DNA from: an uncultured Bacteroidales bacterium | Lineage (GTDB): Bacteria; Bacteroidota; Bacteroidia; Bacteroidales; UBA10428 | DNA length: 64,000 nucleotides | Direction of reading: 5' to 3' | NCBI GenBank assembly: GCA_964461435.1 | Contig: CAYWUI010000002.1 | Coordinates: forward strand, 72-64,071 | Shown here: positions 38,295 to 48,498 of the stretch, piece after piece | Position numbering within the stretch: position 1 is the first letter of the stretch | Layout: each line of letters opens with the position of its first letter | Translations under genes and position numbers: made by a program | The notes under the pieces: generated by a model | The model's input: only the letters and a program-made list of their open reading frames with translations | Databases searched by the model: none | What the model was told of the DNA's origin: nothing

Positions 38295-39038
38295 TTATTC
38301 TTCATTAAGCCAGTCGTAACCCCTCTCTTCCAGCTCCCCTGCCAGCTCTTTTCCACCGGATTTCACGATCCTTCCTTTATACAGGATATGAACAAAATCC
38401 GGAATAATATAATCCAGGAGCCTTTGATAATGGGTTATCACTATCGTGGCATTATCCTTGCTTTTAAGTTTGTTTACCCCGTTAGCGACGATTTTTAAAG
38501 CATCAATATCGAGTCCCGAATCAGTCTCATCAAGAATAGCAAGCTTAGGTTCCAGCAGTGCCATCTGGAATATTTCGTTTTTCTTCTTCTCCCCTCCTGA
38601 GAATCCTTCATTTACCGATCTGTCAGTAAGCTTTGAATGAAGTCCCACCATTTCCTGCTTTTCCCTCATAAGCTTTAGGAAGTCAGCTGCAGACAGCGGC
38701 TTAAGGTTCCTGTACCTTCTTTGTTCATTTATTGCCGTCTTTAAGAAGTTCACCATTGTAACACCCGGGATCTCAACAGGATATTGAAATCCGAGGAATA
38801 TACCCTTCATCGCCCTGTCTTCAGGTGGCAAGTCAAGCAGGTTATCACCAAGATAAGTAATTGTACCCCTGGTAATTTTCAGGGTGTTCCTCCCGACTAT
38901 TGCAGATGCGAGAGTACTTTTGCCGGAGCCGTTCGGTCCCATGATAGCATGTACTTCACCCTTATTAACCTTCAGATTAATACCTTTTAATATTTCTTTC
39001 CCGTCTATTGAAACCTTTAAATCTATGATCTCCAGCAT
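38295..39038 (-). CDS. sufC: Fe-S cluster assembly ATPase SufC
   Basis: Walker A GPNGSGKST and the signature FSGGEKKK. 247 aa. Confidence 0.95.
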   Translation of the reverse strand: MLEIIDLKVSIDGKEILKGINLKVNKGEVHAIMGPNGSGKSTLASAIVGRNTLKITRGTITYLGDNLLDLPPEDRAMKGIFLGFQYPVEIPGVTMVNFLKTAINEQRRYRNLKPLSAADFLKLMREKQEMVGLHSKLTDRSVNEGFSGGEKKKNEIFQMALLEPKLAILDETDSGLDIDALKIVANGVNKLKSKDNATIVITHYQRLLDYIIPDFVHILYKGRIVKSGGKELAGELEERGYDWLNEE

Positions 39039-39081
39039 ATTTTAATGTAATATTAAATTGATATACTATAACTAATTATTA

Positions 39082-40530
39082 TCAACCCACACTGCCTTCA
39101 AGACTAATCTCTAATAATTTCCGTGCTTCGACAGCAAACTCCATAGGCAGCTTATTCAATACCTCCCTGGCATAGCCATTAACAATTAATCCGATTGCCT
39201 TCTCAGTATCTATCCCTCTCTGTTTACAGTAAAAGATCTGATCCTCACTGATCTTTGATGTTGTTGCCTCATGTTCAATTATGGCGGTATCATTATCCAC
39301 TTCCATGTAGGGGAAAGTATGTGCCCCGCATTTGTCGCTTAATAATAAGGAATCGCACTGAGAATAATTTCTGACATTCCTGGCATTTCTTGTCACCTTT
39401 ACCAGTCCCCTGTAGCTATTCTGGCTATGGCCTGCAGAGATACCCTTTGACACTATCGTACTGCTTGAATTATCTCCCATATGGATCATCTTTGTGCCTG
39501 TATCGGCCTGCTGATAGTTATTTGTGACAGCTACTGAATAAAACTCACCTACCGTATTCCTGCCCTTAAGAATGCAACTTGGGTATTTCCATGTTATGGC
39601 CGATCCTGTTTCAACCTGGGTCCACGATATTTTGGAATTATCACCCTTGCAAATACCACGCTTGGTTACAAAATTATAAACACCCCCCTTGCCCTGCTTG
39701 TCCCCAGGGTACCAGTTCTGCACAGTTGAATACTTTACTTCGGCATTCTCCATCGCTATTATTTCAACAATAGCGGCATGCAACTGGTTTTTATCCCTCA
39801 TCGGGGCAGTACACCCTTCAAGATAACTAACATAACTGTCTTCTTCCGCAATTATTAATGTCCGTTCAAACTGGCCGGTATTGGCGGCATTTATTCTGAA
39901 ATAAGTTGAAAGCTCCATCGGGCACCTTACTCCCCTGGGGATAAAACAAAATGAACCGTCACTAAATACAGCGGAATTTAAGGCGGCAAAGAAATTATCT
40001 GAGTAAGGAACGACCGTACCCATGTATTTTTTTATCAGGTCAGGATGCTCATTTACTGCTTCACCAAAAGAACAGAAAATTATTCCTAGTTCAGCAAGTG
40101 TTTCACGGAACGTGGTCTTTACTGAAACACTATCCATTACCGCATCAACTGCTACACCCGTGATCCTTTTCTGTTCATCCAAAGGTATTCCAAGCCTGTC
40201 AAATGTCCTCAGCAGCTCGGGATCTACCTTATCCGGACTCCCGGGTCCTGCCTTATACCTTGGAGCAGCATAATAAATAATGTCCTGGTAATCTATTTCA
40301 GGTAATTTAATATTTGCCCACCGGGGCATTTTCATTTTTAGCCAGTGCCGGTATGCTTTTAAACGAAATTCCAGTAAAAATTCGGGTTCGTTTTTCTTTG
40401 CAGATATCTTCCTTACAATATCCTCATTCAATCCTTTTGGAAAAGTATCCGTTTCAATATCAGTAACAAACCCATACTTGTAATCGCTGTTTGTTACTTC
40501 CGATAATATTTTATCCTGCCCGTTTTCCAT
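39082..40530 (-). CDS. sufB: Fe-S cluster assembly scaffold SufB
   Basis: 482 aa. Full-length SufB pattern, including YLEGCTAP and the CDSLLL..C.AHTFPY region. Confidence 0.95.
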   Translation of the reverse strand: MENGQDKILSEVTNSDYKYGFVTDIETDTFPKGLNEDIVRKISAKKNEPEFLLEFRLKAYRHWLKMKMPRWANIKLPEIDYQDIIYYAAPRYKAGPGSPDKVDPELLRTFDRLGIPLDEQKRITGVAVDAVMDSVSVKTTFRETLAELGIIFCSFGEAVNEHPDLIKKYMGTVVPYSDNFFAALNSAVFSDGSFCFIPRGVRCPMELSTYFRINAANTGQFERTLIIAEEDSYVSYLEGCTAPMRDKNQLHAAIVEIIAMENAEVKYSTVQNWYPGDKQGKGGVYNFVTKRGICKGDNSKISWTQVETGSAITWKYPSCILKGRNTVGEFYSVAVTNNYQQADTGTKMIHMGDNSSSTIVSKGISAGHSQNSYRGLVKVTRNARNVRNYSQCDSLLLSDKCGAHTFPYMEVDNDTAIIEHEATTSKISEDQIFYCKQRGIDTEKAIGLIVNGYAREVLNKLPMEFAVEARKLLEISLEGSVG

Positions 40531-40545
40531 AATCCTGCAAAAATA

Positions 40546-40677
40546 ACAAATATCAAAGGTTAACGAATTCTATTTGTTTTTATTTAGATTTATTCTAAAT
40601 AATACAAATATACAAAAACTATTTTAATTAATACAGATATTTGTTGATGAATAAAGCACAAATAAAGGTTAACGAAT
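40546..40677. repeat. Direct repeat ACAAAT(ATC)AAAGGTTAACGAAT, two copies, in the sufB/thiL divergent spacer
   Basis: Copy 1 is 40546-40568, 16 nt from the sufB ATG. Copy 2 is 40658-40677 and ends inside the thiL ATG (40676-40678). The shared 14-mer AAAGGTTAACGAAT is identical in both copies and contains the GTTAAC palindrome. Confidence 0.8.
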
Positions 40678-41716
40678 GTCCGTCAGCCCTGAACATAATG
40701 AAGATATTTCAAGGTTAGGAGAATTTCCGCTTATCAAATACCTGACGAGGAATATATCCTTAAAGAACAGGAGTTCACTGTTTGGCGTTGGCGATGATGC
40801 GGCAGTTCTTGATTATGGGCAAAAGCAGGTAATCATTACTACTGATCTGCTGACAGAAGGAATTCATTTTAATCTGATTTACACGCCTTTGAAGCATTTG
40901 GGATATAAGGCAGCAGTAGTTAATTTTTCTGACGTATATGCAATGAATGCTCATCCCAGACAGATAGTTATTGCAATAGCCGTATCACGTAAGTTTACCA
41001 CAACCATGATGGACGAAATATATTCCGGCATTTATCTTGCCTGTGAAAATTACGGAGTGGATGTTGTTGGCGGTGATACTTCATCATCTTTAACAGGAAT
41101 GACAATTACAATAACGGCTGTGGGCGAGGCTAATAAGAAAGATATAACGTACAGGCACGGGGCAAAAGTCAATGATCTCATATGTGTGTCGGGTGATTTG
41201 GGAGGTGCATATATGGGATTACAGTTGCTGGAGAGAGAAAAGGCAATATTTGAAAAAGATACAAGTATTCAGCCCGACCTTGAAGGTTATAAATATATTC
41301 TGGAAAGACAACTCAAGCCCGAGGCAAGGAAAGATATAATTCATCTCCTGAAAAAGCTTAAAATAAAACCTACATCAATGATTGATATTTCAGACGGACT
41401 TTCATCCGAGTTATTCCATATCTGTAATGAATCAAAGGCTGGCTGCAAAATATTTGCCGGCAAAATTCCTGTTAATCCCGAAACAGTAAAAATGGCTGAA
41501 GAATTTAATATCGAACCGCTTGTCGCTGCTCTTAATGGTGGTGAAGATTATGAGTTATTATTTACTATTCCTTTAAATAGGTTCGATGAGGCTGCCAGGA
41601 ATCCCCAAATATCGGTTATTGGCCATATTACCGATATAAGTGAAGGCAAAACCATGATTAGCGATGATGGAAGATCAACAGAACTTAAATCACTGGGCTG
41701 GGATTCACTGAAATAA
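40676..41716 (+). CDS. thiL: Thiamine-monophosphate kinase
   Basis: GVGDDAAVL, the AIR-synthase-like fold pattern, and GGDTS. Confidence 0.85.
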   Translation: MSVSPEHNEDISRLGEFPLIKYLTRNISLKNRSSLFGVGDDAAVLDYGQKQVIITTDLLTEGIHFNLIYTPLKHLGYKAAVVNFSDVYAMNAHPRQIVIAIAVSRKFTTTMMDEIYSGIYLACENYGVDVVGGDTSSSLTGMTITITAVGEANKKDITYRHGAKVNDLICVSGDLGGAYMGLQLLEREKAIFEKDTSIQPDLEGYKYILERQLKPEARKDIIHLLKKLKIKPTSMIDISDGLSSELFHICNESKAGCKIFAGKIPVNPETVKMAEEFNIEPLVAALNGGEDYELLFTIPLNRFDEAARNPQISVIGHITDISEGKTMISDDGRSTELKSLGWDSLK

Positions 41717-41730
41717 CTATATGCAGGATA

Positions 41731-42525
41731 TTAGCCGAAGAGATTCTCTCCCTGCTTTCCTTTTATTATGCCTCTCTTTGAGGATTCATAGAATTGAATT
41801 ATTTCATCCCGATCTTCAGATATCTTAAAATTATCCTGCAGAAATTCCATTGCCTGTGAATTGTTCATGCCTTTATTGTAAATAACCCTGTATATTTCCT
41901 GTATCTCGTTAATTCTGTCATTCGAAAAATCCCTTCTACGCAGTCCGACTGCATTGATACCTATGTAAGCCACCGGTATTCCTGCTGCTTTAATATAGGG
42001 AGGTACATCTATAAGGATCCCGCTTTTGCCACTAATAAACACATGTTTCCCGATCCTTGAAAACTGGTGGGCTACTGACATGCCCCCAATATAGGCCCAG
42101 TCACCTATTTCAACCTCTCCTGCAATTTGAACACAATTGGAAAGAATAACATTATCGTGAATAATACAATCATGAGCGATATGAACATAGGCCATAAGCA
42201 GGCAGTTACTGCCGATGATGGTTTCTCCCTTTGCAGCAGTTCCGCGATTAATTGTAACACATTCCCTGATTGTTGTATTATCTCCAATTCTGGCAGCCGT
42301 TTTTTCACCTTTAAACTTTAAGTCCTGGGGTATGGCTGAAATTACCGCCCCGGGGAAAATTTTGCAGCCCTTCCCTATTTTAGCCCCGTCCATAATTGTA
42401 ACATTTGGGCCAATCCATGTCCCCTCATCAATTTCTACATCTTCGGCAATGGTAACAAATGATTCTATCACTACATTTTTCGCAATTTTTGCTTTGGGAT
42501 GTATATTTGAAAATGATTTATTCAT
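41731..42525 (-). CDS. lpxA: Acyl-ACP--UDP-N-acetylglucosamine O-acyltransferase
   Basis: Hexapeptide repeats, 264 aa. IHP.A.I start and the lpx cluster context. Confidence 0.9.
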   Translation of the reverse strand: MNKSFSNIHPKAKIAKNVVIESFVTIAEDVEIDEGTWIGPNVTIMDGAKIGKGCKIFPGAVISAIPQDLKFKGEKTAARIGDNTTIRECVTINRGTAAKGETIIGSNCLLMAYVHIAHDCIIHDNVILSNCVQIAGEVEIGDWAYIGGMSVAHQFSRIGKHVFISGKSGILIDVPPYIKAAGIPVAYIGINAVGLRRRDFSNDRINEIQEIYRVIYNKGMNNSQAMEFLQDNFKISEDRDEIIQFYESSKRGIIKGKQGENLFG

Positions 42526-42610
42526 AATGCTTAAGTTAATTCAGAATGCAGCAAGCCGGCATTTTTAAATTTTAGATCGCTGATTTATTTAATTAAAGCC
42601 ATAAAGTTAA

Positions 42611-44011
42611 TTATTTTTCATGCTTTCTAACCATCTGGGCCATAAAATCAGCTTCAATGACTAATTTATCCCCGACAAATCCCTGTCCGTATGTTAATGC
42701 AATACCTCTTCTTAGAGGTTCCTTTAAGACCATTTTTATAAGAAGGGTGTCACCGGGTTCGACTTTTTGTTTAAACTTAACATTCTCGACTTTTAAAAAG
42801 TATAATGAATAGTTTTCAGGATCAGGAACAAAACTCATTAATAGAATACCCCCCACCTGGGCCATTGATTCGAGCTGCAAAACACCCGGCATAATCGGTT
42901 CATCGGGAAAGTGCCCTGCAAAGAAAGGCTCATTCATAGTCAGGTTCTTCACACCGCATATGGTCCATTTATCCATAAATGTGATTTTATCTACAAGCAG
43001 GAATGGCGGCCGATGAGGCAACATCGTCATTATTTTGTTTACATCAAATAATGGAGCCTTATTAGGATCATATTCGGGAGGAGCAGGTTTTGAAAATGCA
43101 ATTTTAATTTTCTTTCTGAGTATTTTTGTAAACTCCGTATTTACATAATGTCCGGGCTTGGTGGCGATTATTTTCCCTTTGATCTGAACGCCAAGCAGGG
43201 CCAGATCACCCAATAAATCAAGCAACTTATGCCTGGCCGGTTCGTTGGGGTAATAAAGTTCAAGATTATTTAGTATCCCCTCAGACCTTACTTTAATTTT
43301 AGGCTTATTAAATAACACCGCCAGCCTGTCAAGCTCTTCCTGTGATACCTTACGATCTATAATAACAATTGCATTATCTAAATCACCCCCCTTAATCAAG
43401 TTATTTTTCTGCAGATATTCAAGTTCGTGTAAGAAAACAAATGTTCTGCACCGTGCAATTTCTTCACTAAAATTAGAGAAGTCTCTTAATGTGGCGTATT
43501 GATTCCCCAGCACTTTTGAATTATAATCAATATGTACATCCAGACTAAAATCCTCGTCAGGATATCCGACAATTTGAAGTCCGTTTTTTTTGTCTTTAAA
43601 AGTGACCTTTTCCTTTAACACATAATATTTGCGTTCTGAATCCTGTTCTTTAATGCCGGCATTAAGGATAGCCTGGACGAAGTATTTTGAGCTCCCGTCC
43701 ATAATAGGCACCTCGGGCCCGTTTAATTCAATAAGGGCATTATCTATACCAAGTCCGTATAGTGATGCCAGGATATGTTCAATGGTTACTATCTGAACAT
43801 TATTTTCTTTCAGTGATGTCCCTCTTTCAGTAGTATCAACATTTTCAGCCAGAGCCCTGACCAATGGTTTATCTTTCAGGTCTATACGTTTAAATATATA
43901 ACCATGATTTGCCGGGGCCGGCTTAATTGTCACTTCAACATTTAATCCCGTATGAAGACCACTTCCCCTGATACTGACCGGCTTTGAAATCGTTCTTTGA
44001 TTCTCAGACAT
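42611..44011 (-). CDS. lpxC: Bifunctional UDP-3-O-acyl-GlcNAc deacetylase / 3-hydroxyacyl-ACP dehydratase
   Basis: The N-terminal LpxC (GSGLHTG, EHILA) is fused to a C-terminal FabZ (LPHRPPFLLVD, GHFP..P.MPGVL). This is the Bacteroidota-type fusion. Confidence 0.95.
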   Translation of the reverse strand: MSENQRTISKPVSIRGSGLHTGLNVEVTIKPAPANHGYIFKRIDLKDKPLVRALAENVDTTERGTSLKENNVQIVTIEHILASLYGLGIDNALIELNGPEVPIMDGSSKYFVQAILNAGIKEQDSERKYYVLKEKVTFKDKKNGLQIVGYPDEDFSLDVHIDYNSKVLGNQYATLRDFSNFSEEIARCRTFVFLHELEYLQKNNLIKGGDLDNAIVIIDRKVSQEELDRLAVLFNKPKIKVRSEGILNNLELYYPNEPARHKLLDLLGDLALLGVQIKGKIIATKPGHYVNTEFTKILRKKIKIAFSKPAPPEYDPNKAPLFDVNKIMTMLPHRPPFLLVDKITFMDKWTICGVKNLTMNEPFFAGHFPDEPIMPGVLQLESMAQVGGILLMSFVPDPENYSLYFLKVENVKFKQKVEPGDTLLIKMVLKEPLRRGIALTYGQGFVGDKLVIEADFMAQMVRKHEK

Positions 44012-44101
44012 CTAAAACAGAAAAATATTATAATATATAAATTCGCAAAAATTAAATGCGAAATATATAAAAAAATATGAAATCAGGATAAAAAGAAATT
44101 T

Positions 44102-45145
44102 TTATTTTTCTTTTTCACGCAGTTTTTTAACCTCGTCTTCCAGGTTATTTATCCTTTTGAGAAGTTCGGGCAGATTTCTGTAAATAGCCACCACTCTTCT
44201 TTTCGTATGTATATTGAGTGCAGGAGAGCCCAAAACAATTTCCCCCTCTTTACTGATATTATTTGTAACACCTGACTGGGCTCCTATTTTTACATCATCA
44301 GCAATCTTTAAATGTCCGACAATGCCCGCCTGTGCAGCTATCATAACATCATTCCCAATTTTAGTTGAGCCTGCAATACCGGACTGTGCTGCAATGACAG
44401 TGTTCTCTCCAATTTCAACATTATGTGCCACCTGTATCAGATTATCCAGTTTAACTCCTTGCCTGAGAATAGTAGAGCCTATGGTTGCCCTGTCGATGCA
44501 TGAATTTGCTCCTATCTCAACATTATCCTCTATAATAACATTACCTATCTGTTGAATCTTTTTATAATTACTGTCTTTTTGCGGGACAAAACCAAAGCCA
44601 TCACTGCCAATGATAACGCCGGAATGTATCACACAGTCAGCACCTATAACACAATCATGATATATGTTAACTCCCGGATTAATGACCGTATTATTATTTA
44701 TTGTCACATTATCACCAATATAAGCGTGCGGATAAATCTTGACATTATCACCCAGGATAACGTTATCGCCAACATATACAAAAGCCCCGATATATACGTC
44801 TTTGCCTATTTTGGAAGTTTCACTTATTACAGCCATATCGTGAATTCCCTTTTTCTGTGGCAATGATTGGACATACATATCCAGAAGGGAGGCAAATGCC
44901 TTGTAAGCATCATCAACTCTGATTAAAGTGCTTTTTACATCCTTATCAATCTTTAAGTTTTTATTTACCAGTACTATAGATGCATTTGTTGTAAAAAGAT
45001 ATTTTTCATATTTCGGATTTGCAAGGAATGCCAAAGTTCCTGTTTTCCCCTCTTCAATCCTTGATATATCAGACACTTTTACATCCGGATCTCCAAGTAT
45101 TTCACCTTTTAAAATTTCTGCTATTGCTTTTGCTGTAAATTCCAT
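44102..45145 (-). CDS. lpxD: UDP-3-O-(3-hydroxyacyl)glucosamine N-acyltransferase
   Basis: [18 protein letters not shown] is the usual LpxD start (ATG at 45143-45145). The track start at 45172 adds 9 residues. Hexapeptide repeats are present. Confidence 0.9.
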   Translation of the reverse strand: MEFTAKAIAEILKGEILGDPDVKVSDISRIEEGKTGTLAFLANPKYEKYLFTTNASIVLVNKNLKIDKDVKSTLIRVDDAYKAFASLLDMYVQSLPQKKGIHDMAVISETSKIGKDVYIGAFVYVGDNVILGDNVKIYPHAYIGDNVTINNNTVINPGVNIYHDCVIGADCVIHSGVIIGSDGFGFVPQKDSNYKKIQQIGNVIIEDNVEIGANSCIDRATIGSTILRQGVKLDNLIQVAHNVEIGENTVIAAQSGIAGSTKIGNDVMIAAQAGIVGHLKIADDVKIGAQSGVTNNISKEGEIVLGSPALNIHTKRRVVAIYRNLPELLKRINNLEDEVKKLREKEK

Positions 45146-45261
45146 AAAAAAAGTTTGCGCAAAACTAATCAATATAAAGTTAACTTAATCATAAATATAG
45201 AACTTTATTTATGTTAATTAACTTGTTAGCTTATATTTTATACGTGAAATGCTATTTCAAA

Positions 45262-46527
45262 TTAGTCTCCCATTTTTATATTTTCTGAAATAAAATCAGG
45301 ATAGCATAAAAAATATTTCTTCACTATTTTCGATAAAACCGAGACATTAAAAATATCCGAGGCATCGACTATATCTTTGGTTTCTCCCGATTTGTACAAT
45401 ATTTTAATTTTATCATCCAGCTCACTATATGCTTTATTAGATATGCTACCTGTGAAAACAATATAATTAACATCTTCAATATCCCACCCGGTAATATTTG
45501 CAGCTTGCCTGATTATATCATCAAGATAACTCTTTTTAAAAGGTTGTTCCTGGATAATAACTTTCGGAAGCTTCCTGTTAATAACATTCCTGGAAAGAGT
45601 TGAGAGTACTTTGTCTGTGTGATTAATCCATACCTTTATCGATACAATAATATCATTATCATCTAAATTCACAAAATTGGCGATTATATCATCTCTTTTC
45701 AGGTAGAGGTTTTTTTTGGTAATGTTATTTCTGAAAAAATACCTGAGTCCATTTGCGGCAAATAGTTTTTTATCATTGCAGGCTATATATTTTGCCCTGT
45801 GCAGCACTTTTGCCACAAGATTTTCGGCAGCCAGCACCGTCTTGTGTAAATATACCTGCCAGAACATAAGCCTTCTTGCTATAAGGAAATTTTCTATTGA
45901 ATATATTCCTTTTGCCTCTACAACAAGGTTATCATCAACAACGTTCAGCATCTTTATAATCCTGTCAGAACCTATAATTCCTTCGGAAACACCCGTATAA
46001 AAACTGTCTCTCTTAAGATAGTCCAGCCTGTCCATATCCAGCTGGCTCGACACCAGCTGGTGCAGAAATTTTTTATGATAATTATTATTGAATATTCTCA
46101 GTGCCAAATCGAGTTTTCCATTAAATTCCCGGTTTAATTTATCCATTAATATCGTGGATATATCTTCATGATTAAAATTTTCAATAATACTTTGCTCCAG
46201 AGCATGTGAAAACGGGCCATGGCCTATGTCATGCAAAAGAATAGCAATTGTTGCTGCTTCAGCTTCATCGTCAGTTATTTCCAATCCTTTAAGGCGAATG
46301 TTTTGAATTGCCATGCCCATCAGGTGAGCTGCCCCCAGAGCGTGTTGAAAACGCGTATGCATAGCTCCCGGATAAACATAGCTCGTTAATCCCAATTGCC
46401 TGATTCTTCTTAACCGCTGAAAAAACGGATGTTCAATGATCTCATAAATAAAAGCCGAAGGTATCTTGATAAATCCGTGTACCGGATCGTTAATTATTTT
46501 TCTTTTATCGGTGGCTGAAGAATTCAC
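45262..46527 (-). CDS. HD-domain phosphohydrolase (dNTPase/SAMHD1-like)
   Basis: TRFQHALG...LLHDIGHGPFSH...DMDRLDYLKRD. GTG start. Confidence 0.8.
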   Translation of the reverse strand: MNSSATDKRKIINDPVHGFIKIPSAFIYEIIEHPFFQRLRRIRQLGLTSYVYPGAMHTRFQHALGAAHLMGMAIQNIRLKGLEITDDEAEAATIAILLHDIGHGPFSHALEQSIIENFNHEDISTILMDKLNREFNGKLDLALRIFNNNYHKKFLHQLVSSQLDMDRLDYLKRDSFYTGVSEGIIGSDRIIKMLNVVDDNLVVEAKGIYSIENFLIARRLMFWQVYLHKTVLAAENLVAKVLHRAKYIACNDKKLFAANGLRYFFRNNITKKNLYLKRDDIIANFVNLDDNDIIVSIKVWINHTDKVLSTLSRNVINRKLPKVIIQEQPFKKSYLDDIIRQAANITGWDIEDVNYIVFTGSISNKAYSELDDKIKILYKSGETKDIVDASDIFNVSVLSKIVKKYFLCYPDFISENIKMGD

Positions 46528-46611
46528 AATTTATTTATAATAATAGTTCAAAATAAAAATTATTGTAAAAATTACAAATTAATTTCAAACATTAAATTAT
46601 GAACAAGTTAT

Positions 46612-46642
46612 TTTGTCAATTAAACTATTATTGTTAGCTTTG
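46612..46642 (+). promoter_or_regulatory. Putative Bacteroidota sigma-A promoter of the rimP-nusA-infB operon
   Basis: TTTG (46612-46615), then a 19-nt spacer, then TAGCTTTG (46635-46642). This fits the TTTG / TAnnTTTG consensus. Confidence 0.5.
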
Positions 46643-46667
46643 CATAGGATTTTTTGATGATTTGATG

Positions 46668-46691
46668 AATAGGGGACACAAGTCCCCTATT
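46668..46691 (+). promoter_or_regulatory. Leader stem-loop (possible attenuator) ahead of rimP
   Basis: Perfect 10-bp stem AATAGGGGAC / GTCCCCTATT with an ACAA loop, followed by TTATTAAAGTTTATT. It lies 18 nt before the ATG at 46710. Confidence 0.5.
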
Positions 46692-46709
46692 TTATTAAAG
46701 TTTATTCAG

Positions 46710-47177
46710 ATGATAGCTGAAGAACATATTAAAAGCATAATTGATCGGGAAACACGGAAAATGAATTTATTTCTTGTTGATATGAAAATAAGTTCCTCAG
46801 CTGTGATAAATGTGTTCGTTGACAGTATAAGGGGAGTAACCATTAAGGAGTGTGCATTATTAAGCGCCGTGATTAAAGAAAAATTAAAAAAGTATATTGG
46901 TAATTATGCTTTGGAAGTTTCTTCACCCGGACTGGACAGACCTTTGCTATTAACTGAACAGTATGAAAAAAACCTGGGAAGAAGACTGGACATAGTTACA
47001 AAAGACGGCCGGAAAAAAACAGGCAGACTTATAAATGTGCTTAAAAAAGGTATTGAAATTGAATCGGAAGTACTGGAAAAAAATAAGTCCGGCAAGGGGA
47101 AAAAGCACGTAATAAAAAAATTTGCTGTTGATTTTGCTGAAATAAAATCAGCTAAAGTTGTAGTATCATTTAATTAA
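46710..47177 (+). CDS. rimP: Ribosome maturation factor RimP
   Basis: MIAEEHIKSIID... gives the usual ~155 aa. The track's TTG start at 46662 would translate through the leader hairpin. The gene is followed by nusA and infB. Confidence 0.8.
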   Translation: MIAEEHIKSIIDRETRKMNLFLVDMKISSSAVINVFVDSIRGVTIKECALLSAVIKEKLKKYIGNYALEVSSPGLDRPLLLTEQYEKNLGRRLDIVTKDGRKKTGRLINVLKKGIEIESEVLEKNKSGKGKKHVIKKFAVDFAEIKSAKVVVSFN

Positions 47178-47189
47178 ATTGTTAAAAAA

Positions 47190-48425
47190 ATGGAAAATAT
47201 TGATCTTATCGACACCTTTTCGGAATTCAAGGAGCTTAAGAGTATTGACAGGGCTACCATGATGAGTGTGCTTGAAGATGTTTTCAGAAGTATGCTTATG
47301 AAAATGTATGGAACAGCGGACAATTTTGATATCATTATCAATATTGACAAGGGAGATTTTGAGATATGGAGGAACAGGGAAGTTGTCGATAATGATAAAG
47401 TTGAAGATCCCAACCTGCAGATTCCATTATCGCAGGCAAAGAAAATTGACAGTGATTACGAGATTGGCGAAGACGTTACAGATGAAGTAAAGTTGGCCAG
47501 TTTCGGCAGAAGAGCAATATTAGCACTCAGACAGAATCTTACATCCCGCATCCTGGACCTTGAAAAGAATAATGTTTATGAAAAATACAGGAATAAAATA
47601 GGAGATATTGTTACCGGTGAAGTTTACCAGGTCTGGAAAAAGGAAATCCTGGTCCTTGATGAAGAAGGAAATGAACTTATAATTCCGAAAACTGAACAGA
47701 TACCTTCTGATTACTTCAGAAAAGGTGATACAATCAGGGCAGTTGTTATAAAGGTTGAAATGAATAACAGTCCTCTGATTATCCTTTCAAGAACCTCACC
47801 TGTCTTTCTCGAAAGGCTTTTTGAACTCGAAGTTCCTGAAATATTTGACGGACTTATCACCATAAAAAAGATTGTGCGTATACCGGGCGAAAGGGCAAAA
47901 GTTGCTGTCGAATCATACGATGAAAGAATTGATCCTGTAGGCGCTTGTGTCGGAATGAAAGGTTCCAGAATACATGGTATTGTGAGAGAATTGAAGAATG
48001 AAAACATTGATGTAATAAACTTTACTACAAACATTCAGTTATATATAACCAGGGCTCTGAGTCCTGCCAAAATATCCTCAATAAAAATTGATAATGAGAA
48101 AAAGCGTGCCGAAGTGTACCTGAAACCTAATGAAGTATCTCTTGCAATAGGGAAAGGAGGCCTGAACATTAAACTTGCCAGTCAGCTTACAGGCTTTGAA
48201 ATTGATGTTTACAGGGAAACTGAAATAGAAGATGAAGAAGATGTCAATATAGAAGAATTTGCAGATGAGATTGAGGATTGGATTATTGATGAATTAAAAG
48301 CAATAGGCTGTGATACGGCTAAAAGCGTGCTTGATTTAAGTATCGAGGATCTGGTGAAAAGGACAGATCTTGAAGAAGAGACAATTAAAGAAGTCATTAA
48401 CATTTTAAAGGCTGAATTCGAATAA
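47190..48425 (+). CDS. nusA: Transcription termination/antitermination factor NusA
   Basis: S1 and KH domains (GACVGMKGSRI, AIGKGGLNIKLA). 411 aa. Confidence 0.95.
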   Translation: MENIDLIDTFSEFKELKSIDRATMMSVLEDVFRSMLMKMYGTADNFDIIINIDKGDFEIWRNREVVDNDKVEDPNLQIPLSQAKKIDSDYEIGEDVTDEVKLASFGRRAILALRQNLTSRILDLEKNNVYEKYRNKIGDIVTGEVYQVWKKEILVLDEEGNELIIPKTEQIPSDYFRKGDTIRAVVIKVEMNNSPLIILSRTSPVFLERLFELEVPEIFDGLITIKKIVRIPGERAKVAVESYDERIDPVGACVGMKGSRIHGIVRELKNENIDVINFTTNIQLYITRALSPAKISSIKIDNEKKRAEVYLKPNEVSLAIGKGGLNIKLASQLTGFEIDVYRETEIEDEEDVNIEEFADEIEDWIIDELKAIGCDTAKSVLDLSIEDLVKRTDLEEETIKEVINILKAEFE

Positions 48426-48498
48426 ATTGCTATAATAGCTATATTTTCTGCGAATTTCTTAACTTGCAGCTTCAAATATGTACTTATTTTAACTAAGT

